DNA of 64,000 nt from Gemmatimonadota bacterium (GCA_039588255.1 JBDHAF010000008.1:7102-71101); one strand, 5' to 3'; shown: positions 18,585 through 31,927, numbered from the stretch's first letter. A program made the numbers and translations. The notes: generated by a model not told the origin, from the letters alone.

Positions 18585-19034
18585 CTACTCCGTCGACACC
18601 GTGTTCTCCGTATAATCCAACGCAGCCCGAAGGGTGTGCCACGACAGCGTGGCACACTTCACCCTCGCCGGAAATTCCCTCACGCCAGAGAACGCGGCCA
18701 ACTTGCCGAGTACCTTGGTGTCCCGCCCAACTTCTGCTCCGGTGATCATTTCATGAAACGCGTCAAACAACGCTTCCGCTTCCTCCGTCGTCTTCCCCTT
18801 GACGGCAGAAGTCATCAGCGAAGCCGACGCCTTGGAAATAGCACAACCCGACCCCTGAAATCCGATGTCCTCGATGACCCCGTCGCTCACCCGTACGAGC
18901 AGCTTGAACTTGTCACCGCAGAGAGGGTTGTTGCCGTCGGCGACCCGGTTCGCTCCCTCTACCTCTCTGAAGTTCCGCGGCGCCCGATTGTGATCCAAGA
19001 TGATCTGCTGATACAGCTCCCTCAGATCCGACAT
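18585..19034 (-). CDS. sufU: SUF system NifU-like protein
   Basis: LYQQIILDH, NPLCGD, GCAIS, RVKCATL. Confidence 0.95.
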   Translation of the reverse strand: MSDLRELYQQIILDHNRAPRNFREVEGANRVADGNNPLCGDKFKLLVRVSDGVIEDIGFQGSGCAISKASASLMTSAVKGKTTEEAEALFDAFHEMITGAEVGRDTKVLGKLAAFSGVREFPARVKCATLSWHTLRAALDYTENTVSTE

Positions 19035-20305
19035 TACCCAAGCACCTCCCGGACCCGCCTCAACCCCGCCGCCAGGGTATCGACCTCGTCCTTCTTGTTG
19101 TAGAGAGCAAACGACGCACGAGCGGTCGCCGCCACCCCATAGAAGTCCATCACTGGCTGCGCACAGTGATGCCCCGTCCTGATCGCAATCCCGTCCTGAT
19201 CTACGATGGTCCCGACGTCGTGGGCGTGAATCCCCTCGAGGAGGAACGATAGGACCGCCGTCTTGTGCTCTGCGGTTCCGATGATTCGAACCCCAGGAAC
19301 CGCACCGATCGTCTCGTGTGCATACCTGAGGACCTCGTCCTCATAGGCCGTCAGCGCATTCCAATCGAACCCACTCAAATAGTCGATCGCCGCGGCAAGC
19401 CCCACCGTGCCGGCGACGTTCGGAGTCCCCGCTTCGAACTTCGAGGGTATTGGCGCGTAGCTCGTTCTTTCGAAGCTCACCGTTCGGATCATGTCACCGC
19501 CACCCTGATACGGTGTCATCGCCTCGAGTAACTCCGCCCGTCCGAACAACACCCCGATGCCGGTGGGTCCGAACATCTTGTGACCCGAAAAGCAGTAGAA
19601 GTCGCACCCCATCTGCTGCACGTCGATGGGCAGATGCGGCGCGGCCTGGGCGCCGTCCACCAGCACCGGTATTCCCCGCTCGTGGGCGGCCGTCACGATC
19701 TCCCCAACAGGGTTCACCGTTCCCAAGGCATTGGACACGTGCCCCACCGCCACGATCCTCGTTCGCTCGCTCAAGAGCGTGTCGAACTCATCCAGCTTCA
19801 GCTCCCCCGACTCCGTCATCGGGATCACCCGAATCTTCGCTCCGCGCTCGTCTGCCGCTAGCTGCCACGGAACGATGTTGGAGTGGTGCTCCATCTGGGA
19901 GATCAAGATCTCATCGCCCTCTTGGAGACGTGGACGCACATAACCGCTGGCGACGAGGTTGATCGCATCAGTGGTGCCCCGGACGAAAACGATCTCACGT
20001 GACTCCTTGGCCCCGAGAAATACCCGCGCCTTCTCACGGGCCTCCTCATAAGCAGCCGTCGCGTGCTCGCTGAGGTAATGAACACCTCGATGGATGTTGG
20101 AATTCTCGTAGGAGTAGAACCGTGATATCGCGTCGATGACGGCCTGCGGCTTTTGGGCGGTGGCCGCGTTGTCGAGATACACCAGCGGCTTCCCGTTGAC
20201 ACTTCGATGCAGGATCGGGAAATCCCGCCTCACGTCCTCGACGTCGAATCTCCTAGCCGCCGTGGAAGACAACTCATCCTCCGCGAGAAGCGGCGGCACG
20301 CTCAA
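19034..20305 (-). CDS. sufS: cysteine desulfurase
   Basis: YLDNAATAQKP, EHHSNIVPW, SGHKMFGPTG, RTGHHCAQP. Confidence 0.96.
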   Translation of the reverse strand: MSVPPLLAEDELSSTAARRFDVEDVRRDFPILHRSVNGKPLVYLDNAATAQKPQAVIDAISRFYSYENSNIHRGVHYLSEHATAAYEEAREKARVFLGAKESREIVFVRGTTDAINLVASGYVRPRLQEGDEILISQMEHHSNIVPWQLAADERGAKIRVIPMTESGELKLDEFDTLLSERTRIVAVGHVSNALGTVNPVGEIVTAAHERGIPVLVDGAQAAPHLPIDVQQMGCDFYCFSGHKMFGPTGIGVLFGRAELLEAMTPYQGGGDMIRTVSFERTSYAPIPSKFEAGTPNVAGTVGLAAAIDYLSGFDWNALTAYEDEVLRYAHETIGAVPGVRIIGTAEHKTAVLSFLLEGIHAHDVGTIVDQDGIAIRTGHHCAQPVMDFYGVAATARASFALYNKKDEVDTLAAGLRRVREVLG

Positions 20306-21639
20306 GGGGCCGCTTCCCCGCTACCGCTTCGGAGCCGCTCTTTGATGGCCCGGTCCATACCATCGCGGACCTCCGGGACCGCCACACGGTTCAGAATCTC
20401 CACGCCGAAACCATACGTCAAAAGCGCCCGGGCCGCTTCGACCGCAAGGCCACGGCTCTGGAGGTAGAACAGCGCATCGTCGTCCAGCGGACCGAGTGTG
20501 GCGCCGTGGGTACACCGCACGTCGTCGGCATAGATCTCGAGCTGCGGTTGACTGTCTGCCCTGGCGTCCTCGGACAGCAGCAGGTTGTTGTTCGTCTGCT
20601 TGGAGTCCGTCTTCTGGGCCCCACGGCGTACGATGATCCTCCCGTTGAACACCGCGTGGGAGCGCTCGTCGAGGATGCCGTTGAAGTACTCGTGGCTGTC
20701 GCAGTGGGGCACCGCGTGCTCGATCACCGTGTTGTGATCCACGTGCTGGCTGCCGCCTGCGACGTAGAGACCGTTCAGGGTTCCCTCACCTCCCTCGCCA
20801 TCGAGGGCCATCCAGATGTCGTGCCGCGCCAGGGCGCCACCGAACACCAAGGGCGTCATCGAGTACCAGCTGTCGCGCCCCTGACGCGAATTCGTCGTGG
20901 CAATGTGATACGCCTCGTCACCCTCTCGCTGGATGCGGTAGCAGTCCGCTCGGCCGGTGTCCCCCACCGAGACCTCGGTGACCGCATTGGTCAGGTACGG
21001 GTGTCCACTCGCTCCACCGTAGGATTCGACCAGCCGGATCGATCCACCCTGCTCCACCACCACGAGGTTTCTCGGGTGGGACATGATGGGCTCACTGCCG
21101 GCGGTGGTGAAGAACAGGACTTGCACCGGCTTCTCGACCACCGTGTTGGCCGGGACGTAGATGAACGCACCGTCTCCCGCAAACGCCGTGTTGAGCGCCG
21201 TGAAGGCATTGTCGTCCGCCGGGGCGTGGCGCCCGAGGTGTTCCTCTACCAGGCTTTCGTCTACCGCCGCCCCCAGGTTCTGGACCTTCACGCCGGGTGC
21301 AAGCTCAGGAACCGTCGAGAGGCTTTCCGCAAACCTCCCGTTGACGAAAACCAGGCGAGCCCCGCCCTCGATGGGAAAGAAATACGGGCCGAGCTGTTCG
21401 GGGACGAGCGTCTCTGCATCCCCCGCCAACGTGAACGCGTGCTGGGTGATGGGCTTCACGTTGGTGAAGCGCCACTTCTCCTGCCTGGTGGTGGGGAACC
21501 CCAACGCCGTAAACCGCTCCAACGCCTCTTCCCGGACACGCTTGAGCCACGCCGGCGCCCCCGCGGCACCGTTGGATGCGAACGCTTGGTACTGGTCGAC
21601 GAACTGGTCGGTGCCCACCGCTTCGTTGCCTCGAGCCAT
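20302..21639 (-). CDS. sufD: Fe-S cluster assembly protein SufD
   Basis: EKWRFT, PQLEIYADDVRCTHGAT, FYLQSRG. Confidence 0.95.
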   Translation of the reverse strand: MARGNEAVGTDQFVDQYQAFASNGAAGAPAWLKRVREEALERFTALGFPTTRQEKWRFTNVKPITQHAFTLAGDAETLVPEQLGPYFFPIEGGARLVFVNGRFAESLSTVPELAPGVKVQNLGAAVDESLVEEHLGRHAPADDNAFTALNTAFAGDGAFIYVPANTVVEKPVQVLFFTTAGSEPIMSHPRNLVVVEQGGSIRLVESYGGASGHPYLTNAVTEVSVGDTGRADCYRIQREGDEAYHIATTNSRQGRDSWYSMTPLVFGGALARHDIWMALDGEGGEGTLNGLYVAGGSQHVDHNTVIEHAVPHCDSHEYFNGILDERSHAVFNGRIIVRRGAQKTDSKQTNNNLLLSEDARADSQPQLEIYADDVRCTHGATLGPLDDDALFYLQSRGLAVEAARALLTYGFGVEILNRVAVPEVRDGMDRAIKERLRSGSGEAAP

Positions 21640-21643
21640 GAGC

Positions 21644-22357
<714 letters not shown>

Positions 22358-22385
22358 TGTTCCGTTCGTCGCTCCAAGACCGTTG

Positions 22386-23815
<1,430 letters not shown>

Positions 23816-23819
<4 letters not shown>

Positions 23820-24487
23820 TCCCCGTCAGCGTCCCGCGGCACCGGGCCGTGGAAATCGATGGCATATTCGCAGGCGTTGCATCCGCCCATGATGTGCTTC
23901 TTGCGCTCGACGCGAGCGCCGAGGGCCTCTTTCAAAAACCGCAACTCGGTATCGCAGACTTCCGGCAGGCAACTGGCCACGGCGTGGAGCACGCAGTTGT
24001 GCACCGAGAGTCTCACCTGGCCGTCCTCCTCCGACGACTCCGCCATGAAGCCCGCATCCTCCATCACACCGGCCACCGTCTTCAACCGGTCGAACGGCGT
24101 GGAGTCCTCCTCCGTCCCCCGCAGCTGTCGGCGCAAATCGGCGTACTGCTCCTCCACCACGGCGATGGCGGCGTCTCTCCCCCCGCTGTCGACCACATGG
24201 CCGATGAGTCGGGTGAGGGCTTGCTCGTACTGCTTGGGAAACAGGGCCTCCCCGTCGGCGCTGAGCCGATAGGCGTAGGTGGGAGCCCCTGTGCCCCGCT
24301 GCTCCCGGCCGTAGACCATCAATCCCTCGGCCTCCAGCTCCTTGAGGTGCCGACGGACGGCATTTGCCGAGACGCCGAAGATCTCCCCAAGTTCTTTAGC
24401 CGTAAGGGGTTGCGCCTTCTTGACTTGGAGGAGAATCTCTCCCCGAAGGCCCTTTTGGCCAGCCAAACGCGGTGACATATAATTCAT
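23816..24487 (-). CDS. sufR: SufR-like Fe-S HTH transcriptional regulator
   Basis: wHTH ([10 protein letters not shown]) plus HNC...CDTE...C cysteine pattern; first gene of the suf operon. Confidence 0.85.
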
Positions 24488-24742
24488 AGGGGCGCGAATG
24501 TTACCGGAATCGGCGACGTATTGCAACTAATTTAACGGTTTTGTTTGTGAATTCAGTGTTAATGCCTCGTGACGCTGACGTAACCTGTTATTAATAAGCA
24601 GTTTACAGGATCATAGCTGCGGATGGCGAGCCACTGGTATAGTCTTCTTGACCGCTCGCTGACGAGCGTGTTGTCGGCCGCGGGTGATCGGCCCTAATTC
24701 AATGTGCATATTCTCAAAATCATTCCTCTCTTTGGAGGAGCA

Positions 24743-26017
24743 ATGAAGACCGAAAGTTTCCCGATTGCCGTCTTGGCGAGCTTCGCTCTCGGAGCGTGTT
24801 CCGGCGGTGACTCGATCGACTGGGCGGGGACCGTAACCGATAGCGCCGGTGTCACCATCGTGCAGAACCCCGCCGAAGGCGTGTGGAACGTGAACACCGG
24901 CTGGGGCGTGGAGGAGGAGCTTCGGATCGGAACCGCCGATGGCGATCCCGACTACATGTTCGGGTCCATCGGGGGGATTGCGGTGTCGTCCGATGAGTCC
25001 ATCTACGTTCTCGATACGCAAGCCTCGTTGATCAGGGCGTTCGATCAGACGGGGGCCCTCCAGCTATCCTTCGGCAGCAAGGGTGGCGGCCCCGGCCAGA
25101 TGGAGCTGGGCGCCGCACCCATTCTCCTGGGCGCGGGGGATACGCTCTACGTTCCCGACATGAGCAATCAACGCGTCAACCGCTACGCCGCCGACGGCAC
25201 CCCAGTGGGAAGCTTCCCCGTACGAATGCAACAGGGCGTTCCCTTCAAGTGGGAAGCGACGGAGTCAGGCGCCATAGTCAACCAGGTGCGGCGGTTGGCA
25301 TTCGAGCCGGGTCAGACGCCTGACACCATGGACGTGGTGGCCATTCGGGACGTAGAAGGAACCGCGGTCGATACACTGCTGCGGTTCCGTTCGGGAGAAA
25401 CCATCTCAATCAGCGGCGGCGGCGCACCGGAGATGAAGCTGTTCACGCCGGAGCCCATGTGGACGCTGGGGAGCGGCACGGGGGTGTGGCACGGTGTGAA
25501 CGACGACTATCGCATCGGACTGTATGAAGCCGGCTCACTCACCAGGGTCATCAGCAAGCCATTCGAGGTGGCTGCCGTCACCGAGCGGGACATCGATGTC
25601 ATAAAGACGGCATTCAGGAATATTCTCGAGACAATGGGGCTCCCTCCCCAGGCATTCCAAATCATCGAACAGGGAATGTCCTTCGGCGAGAGCTTTCCGG
25701 CGTACGCCCAGTTCCTTCAGGGGCCGAACGGAAGCATCTGGGTGCAGCACCTGGTGGTACCCAGCGAGCTGAGCGACGATGAGATCGAGGACTTCAACCC
25801 GCAGTTGGGGATGGGATCTCCCGATTGGGATGTCTTCGATGGCCGGGGCCGCTTCCTGGGCACCCTGGCAATGCCCGACAAGTATCAGCCCATGAGGTTC
25901 GTGGGGGAGGATATCTACGGAATCTGGCGGGACGACCTGGATGTGCAGTACGTGCTGAAGCTACGGATCACCGGTCTTCCCGGGCTGGACCGGGGAGGGG
26001 TGGAGATTTCCGAATAG
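24743..26017 (+). CDS. 6-bladed beta-propeller (NHL-like) lipoprotein
   Basis: GGAGGAG SD, LGAC lipobox, FGSKGGGPGQ, WDVFDGRGRFLG, DDLDVQYV. Confidence 0.8.
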   Translation: MKTESFPIAVLASFALGACSGGDSIDWAGTVTDSAGVTIVQNPAEGVWNVNTGWGVEEELRIGTADGDPDYMFGSIGGIAVSSDESIYVLDTQASLIRAFDQTGALQLSFGSKGGGPGQMELGAAPILLGAGDTLYVPDMSNQRVNRYAADGTPVGSFPVRMQQGVPFKWEATESGAIVNQVRRLAFEPGQTPDTMDVVAIRDVEGTAVDTLLRFRSGETISISGGGAPEMKLFTPEPMWTLGSGTGVWHGVNDDYRIGLYEAGSLTRVISKPFEVAAVTERDIDVIKTAFRNILETMGLPPQAFQIIEQGMSFGESFPAYAQFLQGPNGSIWVQHLVVPSELSDDEIEDFNPQLGMGSPDWDVFDGRGRFLGTLAMPDKYQPMRFVGEDIYGIWRDDLDVQYVLKLRITGLPGLDRGGVEISE

Positions 26018-26020
26018 CGC

Positions 26021-26626
26021 TTACCCCCGGACCTTCTCGTCCTCCTGCCTCTGGAGGGTCCGATACTCGCCCGGGGTGTTGAGGTCTTCGACGACGGCAG
26101 CATCAGTCACGGGAACTCTCAACACCCTGGACGGGTCGGCCCGGACAACGGCTTTGGCTCCCTGAGAATCGGGAGCCTGGAGTAACTCGTCGAACACTTC
26201 CCTTCCGAAGATCACCGGGTGTCCTCCCTTTTCCGCGAATACCGGGACCACAATGGGTGCGTGCGATTCCCGGAAGGCATCCAACAGCGTCTCGACAGTG
26301 GCAATCGTGACGTGGGGCATGTCCACCGGCCAGACCAGAATCCCGTCCACCGGATGCCCCTGCACCTCCCTCACCGCCGCCCGGATCGATCCGATGGGAC
26401 CGGCCTCGAATTGTTCCGTCGACACCACGGTCACGTCACGTAAGTCGTGCTTTTCCAAAATCTTATCGGGATTTGGCCCGATCACGACGATGCGGCGGTG
26501 GATTCCTGCGGCCGCAGTAGCGTCCAGGATACTCTGCAAGAACGTGCCATTATGGAACGTCAAGAGAGCCTTGGGGTACCCCATCCTGGACGACGCTCCG
26601 GCGGATAGAATTGTGGCCGCAATCAT
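26021..26626 (-). CDS. MocA/MobA-like nucleotidyltransferase
   Basis: ILSAGASSRMGYPKALL, PVDMP, GHPVIF, DLNTP. Confidence 0.9.
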   Translation of the reverse strand: MIAATILSAGASSRMGYPKALLTFHNGTFLQSILDATAAAGIHRRIVVIGPNPDKILEKHDLRDVTVVSTEQFEAGPIGSIRAAVREVQGHPVDGILVWPVDMPHVTIATVETLLDAFRESHAPIVVPVFAEKGGHPVIFGREVFDELLQAPDSQGAKAVVRADPSRVLRVPVTDAAVVEDLNTPGEYRTLQRQEDEKVRG

Positions 26627-26676
26627 GTTTCGTCCCTAGATTGGTGGTCCACTTGGAACCGGGGAGTGGCCCCGAA

Positions 26677-27192
26677 ATGACAATACACCGAATTCGCCTG
26701 TTGGGTGACCCCATCTTACGCATGCGCTGTGAGGCGGTCACCAATCATAGATCGCCGGCCGTGCGATTGGTTGCGACCGACTTGAGGGAGACGCTCAGGG
26801 ATCTCCAAGCTCGCCATGGACTGGGCCGTGGTCTGGCAGCGTCCCAGATCGGCGCACCGATGCGGATGGTCTATATCGAGGTGGACGAACCTTGGTTGCT
26901 CCTCAATCCGGAGATCATCGACGTGGGCACCGAGGACTTTCTGGTGTGGGACAGCTGCTTCTCGTTCCCAGACCTCATGGTTCAGGTCCAGCGGGCCTAC
27001 CGCATCCGCGTGAGGTACACCGACGGTCGTGGTGAGGAGCAGGTGGTGGAGGCCGAGGGAACACTGGCCGAGCTGCTCCAACACGAGATCGACCACCTCG
27101 ACGGCGTCTTGATCGTTGATCGAGCCGCTGGCTTGGATCCGTTCTGCTTGCGGGAAGAGTGGAACAAACACTACGCGGACGTGGGTGCGTAG
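26677..27192 (+). CDS. def: peptide deformylase (variant motif 2)
   Basis: GDPILR, GRGLAASQIG, WDSCFS, QHEIDHLDG. Confidence 0.85.
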   Translation: MTIHRIRLLGDPILRMRCEAVTNHRSPAVRLVATDLRETLRDLQARHGLGRGLAASQIGAPMRMVYIEVDEPWLLLNPEIIDVGTEDFLVWDSCFSFPDLMVQVQRAYRIRVRYTDGRGEEQVVEAEGTLAELLQHEIDHLDGVLIVDRAAGLDPFCLREEWNKHYADVGA

Positions 27193-27246
27193 GGCGAGCC
27201 CACACCGCGGCACGAGCCGGTGGGACTCACGCCGATCTAGGCGACG

Positions 27247-28026
27247 TCAATCCAATGCCGCGGTAAACTCCGCGGCCGACCGAAACCGGCGTTCCCGGTC
27301 TTCGACGAGGGCGCCTGCGAGCGCCTTGGCGCATTCTTTCGGCACGTCCAGGATCCCACTTTCCACCGCATCATCATCCGGCAGCCTCCCGGTCACCATT
27401 TCGTGGAGAACTCGGCCGAGTGCATAGATGTCCGCACGACCGTCGATCTGCCGCTGTCCCGCTGACTGCTCGGGACTCATGTAACGCGGCGACCCAATGA
27501 TCAACCCTGTCTGGGTCAGCGTGTCTCCACCTACGTCGCTGAGCATGCGGGCGATTCCGAAATCGGCCACGACGGTGTGTCCTTCCGACAGGAGAATGTT
27601 CTCCGGCTTGATGTCCCGGTGAACGACTCCCCGGTCGTGGGCGTAGGCCAAAGCGCTGGCCACCTCTCGCGCAACCAACACCGCTTCGGATACAGGCAAA
27701 CGTCCGTCGGACCGGATCCGGCGGAACACCGTCTCTCCGTCGATGAACGGCATCACGCAGTACAGGAAGCCCTGTGCTTGGCCCGCGGACAGAATCGGAA
27801 CGATGTTCGGGTGGGATAGTCCGGACAACACGGATACCTCTCGGAGGAACCGCTTCCTACCCAGGACGCTTCGAACATTGGAATCGAGGACTTTGATGGC
27901 GACCTCGCGTTGCCGCCGTGGCTCATCCGCATGATACACCACGGCCATGCCGCCCCGCCCAATCTCACCGTCAATCCTGTAACGTTCCGAGAGCGCCCGG
28001 CGCATACTGTCCAGGACCTCATCCAT
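27247..28026 (-). CDS. stand-alone Hanks-type Ser/Thr protein kinase
   Basis: GRGGMAVV, VAIK, HRDIKPEN, DFG, YMSPEQ. Confidence 0.92.
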   Translation of the reverse strand: MDEVLDSMRRALSERYRIDGEIGRGGMAVVYHADEPRRQREVAIKVLDSNVRSVLGRKRFLREVSVLSGLSHPNIVPILSAGQAQGFLYCVMPFIDGETVFRRIRSDGRLPVSEAVLVAREVASALAYAHDRGVVHRDIKPENILLSEGHTVVADFGIARMLSDVGGDTLTQTGLIIGSPRYMSPEQSAGQRQIDGRADIYALGRVLHEMVTGRLPDDDAVESGILDVPKECAKALAGALVEDRERRFRSAAEFTAALD

Positions 28027-28122
28027 GTCTATACGAAGATATTCTCCGCGTCCCGTCAGCCGACAGATCCACCGCGCATCCTCTTGTGAAAGAATGAGCC
28101 GGAAGCGATTCTAGCCCTTCCC

Positions 28123-30330
28123 ATGGATCACAGTAGCCCCAGAAACGGCAGCGTGCCCGCCACCGACCAGCAAATCCGGACTCCGACGAGCGCAGCCACG
28201 ACGTCCGTCGTTCAGGTCCGGTCCTGGCTTGTTCCACTGATCGCCGCGGCGGCCCTGGCGGCTCTCGGGTTCGGGACGAACCAGACCCTGCGGGGTGCCA
28301 TCGGGGACAGTCTTCGCGAACAGCTCACCACCATCCTCGCTGCTGACGTGGCCGCCCTCGAGCTGTGGTTGGAGAATCATCGAGTTGCCGCCGGGCATCA
28401 TGCCAGCGATCCTCGCTTCCGCTCGACGGTGGAGGCCCTGGTGCGGCGCGCGCAGCGGACCCCCGGAGGAGCAGAAGGGTTGCTGGAATCGGCGGAGGCC
28501 GCCGACCTCGCCGACATGCTCGACGATGTCGTTGAATCGTATCGCTACGAGGGCTACTTCGTGGTCGATGCCACGGCCCGGTCCCTCGCCGCCCAGTTCC
28601 GGGAAACCGTTGGGCAACCGGCCGCCATCGATCTCCTCAGCGACATCCGCCGGGTGTTCGAAGGCGACACCGTCGTGACCCTTCCCGTCGAAATGCCCGT
28701 ACCCAACCTGCCGGACGCGACGGTCAATCGCGGTGGCCGCCCCATCATGTTCGTGGGGGCACCGGTCATCGGCGAATCAGGGGGGGTGATCGCGATTCTC
28801 GCGTTCGGCATCAGGCCGGAGGAGGATTTCACCAACATCCTCTCGGTGGCCCGCCTGGGCGGGTCGGGGGAGACGTACGCGTTCGACGAAAACGGCTTGA
28901 TGATCTCCGACAGCCGTTTCGACGATCAACTCCGCTCCATCGGGCTGCTCCCGGATACCGCCGCGAGTGCGGTGCTTCGCATGAGCATCCGCGATCCCGG
29001 TGGCAATCTGGTGCAGGGGTTTGACCCGCCGACGCCACTCGCGCGTTGGCCCCTGACCAGGATGGCCGCCTCCGCCACGTCGCGCGAAGACACTGTCGAC
29101 ATTGACGGCTATCGGGATTATCGAGGCGTGGACGTGGTGGGCGCCTGGACGTGGCTGGAGGAGTACGGCTTCGGTGTCACCACCGAGGTCGACGAGAGTG
29201 AAGCCTTCGACACATTCTACAAGCTGCAGAAGGGGCTGTGGATCCTACTGGGACTCCTGGTTGCCGGTTCGGCGGGAATCCTCGTCTCCTCTCACGTCAT
29301 CGGCAAGCTCCGAGAGGACGTGACCGTGGCCGAGCAACTCGGGCAGTACAGGCTCGACGAGAAGATCGGCGAGGGGGGCATGGGCAAGGTGTACCGTGCC
29401 AGTCACTCACTGCTCCGCCGCCCCACCGCCATCAAGCTCCTCCGGGCGGACCGCACTAGCCCAAAGGGCATTGCCCGATTCGAGCGGGAGGTGCAACTCA
29501 CGTCACAGCTCACACACCCTAACACGGTGGCGGTCTACGACTACGGTAGGACTCCAGACGGCATCTTTTACTATGCGATGGAGTACCTCGACGGCATCAC
29601 ACTGAACAAGCTCGTGGGCCGGTACGGTCCGCAGCCCCAGGAGCGTGTACTCCACATCTTGAAGCAGGCATGCGGGTCCCTCGCCGAGGCCCACGGCGAA
29701 GGCCTCATCCACCGTGACATCAAACCTTCCAACCTCATGCTGTGCGAACGGGGTGGGGCCAAGGACGTGATCAAAGTGTTGGACTTTGGCCTGGTGCGGG
29801 AGTTGGAGCCGCAGGGAAACGATCCCACGATTACTGGAACGACTGCCCTTACCGGGACGCCGCTGTACCTCTCTCCCGAGGTCATCAACAAGTCCACCGC
29901 GGCGAGCCCGCAGAGTGACATGTATGCTCTGGGCGCGGTGGGATATTACCTGCTCGTGGGTGATCACGTGTTCGCCGGGGAGAGCGTCATCGAGGTTTGT
30001 GGCCATCACATGAACACCATACCGGACCCACCAACGAGCCGCACCGACAACCCGATCTCCCGAGATTTCGAGCGACTCGTTCTACTGTGCCTCGAGAAGG
30101 ACCCGGTGCACCGACCAGCGGACGCAACAACCCTCTTGGAGCGGCTCGAACAGATCACGGACGTTCCCGCATGGTCCGACGGGGACGCGACGAGTTGGTG
30201 GGCCACCCACCGCCGGCCTTCTGAAGAAACCTGGCACGTCGACTTCGACTCGGGGGCCGAGTCCACGCCGGGTCACACCAGCGGTAGGGAATCGCGAGTG
30301 GTGGTGGACGTGCACGATCGGGGGGATTGA
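28123..30330 (+). CDS. membrane Ser/Thr kinase with N-terminal periplasmic Cache-like sensor domain
   Basis: TM-periplasmic-TM; GETYAFD and GYRDYRGVDVVGAW Cache motifs; GEGGMGKV, HRDIKPSN, DFG. Confidence 0.9.
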   Translation: MDHSSPRNGSVPATDQQIRTPTSAATTSVVQVRSWLVPLIAAAALAALGFGTNQTLRGAIGDSLREQLTTILAADVAALELWLENHRVAAGHHASDPRFRSTVEALVRRAQRTPGGAEGLLESAEAADLADMLDDVVESYRYEGYFVVDATARSLAAQFRETVGQPAAIDLLSDIRRVFEGDTVVTLPVEMPVPNLPDATVNRGGRPIMFVGAPVIGESGGVIAILAFGIRPEEDFTNILSVARLGGSGETYAFDENGLMISDSRFDDQLRSIGLLPDTAASAVLRMSIRDPGGNLVQGFDPPTPLARWPLTRMAASATSREDTVDIDGYRDYRGVDVVGAWTWLEEYGFGVTTEVDESEAFDTFYKLQKGLWILLGLLVAGSAGILVSSHVIGKLREDVTVAEQLGQYRLDEKIGEGGMGKVYRASHSLLRRPTAIKLLRADRTSPKGIARFEREVQLTSQLTHPNTVAVYDYGRTPDGIFYYAMEYLDGITLNKLVGRYGPQPQERVLHILKQACGSLAEAHGEGLIHRDIKPSNLMLCERGGAKDVIKVLDFGLVRELEPQGNDPTITGTTALTGTPLYLSPEVINKSTAASPQSDMYALGAVGYYLLVGDHVFAGESVIEVCGHHMNTIPDPPTSRTDNPISRDFERLVLLCLEKDPVHRPADATTLLERLEQITDVPAWSDGDATSWWATHRRPSEETWHVDFDSGAESTPGHTSGRESRVVVDVHDRGD

Positions 30331-30359
30331 GACCGCGGTCTTCACCCCCACCATGGGAC

Positions 30360-31262
30360 ATGCCCGAACTCCCTGACGTCACGCTGTACCTCGAGGCCCT
30401 CGAACGCTACGTGGGTGGAGCCACGCTCGAACACGTCCGGTTGGCGAGTCCATTCGTGCTTCGATCAGTCGAGCCGCCGATTCAGGCGATCGAGGGCGAG
30501 ACGATCCGCTCGTTGCGACGCATCGGGAAGCGCATCGTGTTCTGCTTCGACGACGAGCTTTTTCTCGTCGCCCATCTGATGATTGCCGGCAGACTCCGCT
30601 GGACGCCACGCGGGCACCGCATTCCCAAAAAGGTGGGACTCGCGGCGTTTGACTTTGCAGCGGGCACCCTGCTCTTCACCGAGGCGAGTCCCAAGAAGCG
30701 AGCGTCCCTGTACGTAGTCCGCGGCGATCATGCCCTCGCCGAGCATGACCCCGGCGGCCTCGAAGTGCTCGACTCGACGGCGGAAGCATTTCGCACCGCC
30801 TTGATCCAAGAAAACCGCACGCTCAAGCGCGCGCTCACCAACCCCCGGCTGTTCAGCGGCATCGGCAACGCTTACTCCGACGAGATCCTCCACGCGGCGC
30901 GACTCTCGCCCCTCAAGCGCACACGGCAACTGACGAATGAGGAGATCAAGGGGCTGCACGCGGCCACGATCGCGACACTCACCACATGGATCGAGCGCCT
31001 CCGCCGCGACCTGGGCGATGGTTTCCCCGACAAAGTCACTGCTTTCCACGACGGGATGGCAGTGCACGGGCGGTTCCGCCAACCGTGTCCCGTCTGCGAG
31101 GCACCAGTCCAGCGGGTCGTGTTCGCCGAAAACGAGGTGAACTACTGTGCCAACTGTCAAACAGGGGGAAAACTGCTGGCCGACCGAGCTTTGTCTCGCT
31201 TGCTCAAGGGCGATTGGCCGAAAACCCTGGATGAATGGGAGAACCCACCCGCGGGCGGCTAA
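30360..31262 (+). CDS. Fpg/Nei family DNA glycosylase
   Basis: MPELPDV N-terminus, [30 protein letters not shown] Zn finger. Confidence 0.92.
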   Translation: MPELPDVTLYLEALERYVGGATLEHVRLASPFVLRSVEPPIQAIEGETIRSLRRIGKRIVFCFDDELFLVAHLMIAGRLRWTPRGHRIPKKVGLAAFDFAAGTLLFTEASPKKRASLYVVRGDHALAEHDPGGLEVLDSTAEAFRTALIQENRTLKRALTNPRLFSGIGNAYSDEILHAARLSPLKRTRQLTNEEIKGLHAATIATLTTWIERLRRDLGDGFPDKVTAFHDGMAVHGRFRQPCPVCEAPVQRVVFAENEVNYCANCQTGGKLLADRALSRLLKGDWPKTLDEWENPPAGG

Positions 31263-31927
31263 GTCAGTCGGCCCGTCCAGTCGTTGATGGTGTCGGCCAG
31301 TTCGTCGAATACCTCGTCCTCCGTGCGACCCGAGCGCTTGAGAACTTTGAACGAGTGATCCCCACCTTCAACGATGTGCATGGTAGCCCGAGATCCCAGC
31401 CGGTCCACAACCGGGGTAAGGAGCGCGAGGTCCGCAAGGGAGTCCCGCGTGCCCTGGAGGAACAACATCGGAACCGTGATATCCTGCAGGTGGTCCGCCC
31501 GCTCCGCCCCGGGTTTTTTCGGCGCGTGTAAAGGAAAGCCCAGAAACACGAGCCCGGCCACACCCGGTAACGGTGTGGACGCTTGAACCAGCGAGGTCAT
31601 GCGGCCGCCCATGGACTTCCCACCGGCAATGAGCGGTAGGTCGGGCGCCGCATCGGTCGCCGCCGCGACGGCCGCTCGGACGGTGCCATGGAGAATGCGG
31701 TGCCTGTCCGGTCGCTTCTTCCCGTATTCCATATAGGGGAATTGATAGCGGAACGTGCCGATGCCACGCTCCGCCAGGATGCGACTCATGCGATCCAGGA
31801 ACGGATGCCGCATGCCCGCACCGGCTCCGTGCCCGAGAATGTAGACCACGCGGCTCCCGTCGGGCATCGCCAGTATCGCCGAAACCTCGCCCCCGACTTC
31901 AGGGACGTGAAACTTCAGCTCCGTCAT
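31259..31927 (-). CDS. alpha/beta hydrolase
   Basis: [27 protein letters not shown]. Confidence 0.88.
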   Translation of the reverse strand: MTELKFHVPEVGGEVSAILAMPDGSRVVYILGHGAGAGMRHPFLDRMSRILAERGIGTFRYQFPYMEYGKKRPDRHRILHGTVRAAVAAATDAAPDLPLIAGGKSMGGRMTSLVQASTPLPGVAGLVFLGFPLHAPKKPGAERADHLQDITVPMLFLQGTRDSLADLALLTPVVDRLGSRATMHIVEGGDHSFKVLKRSGRTEDEVFDELADTINDWTGRLT

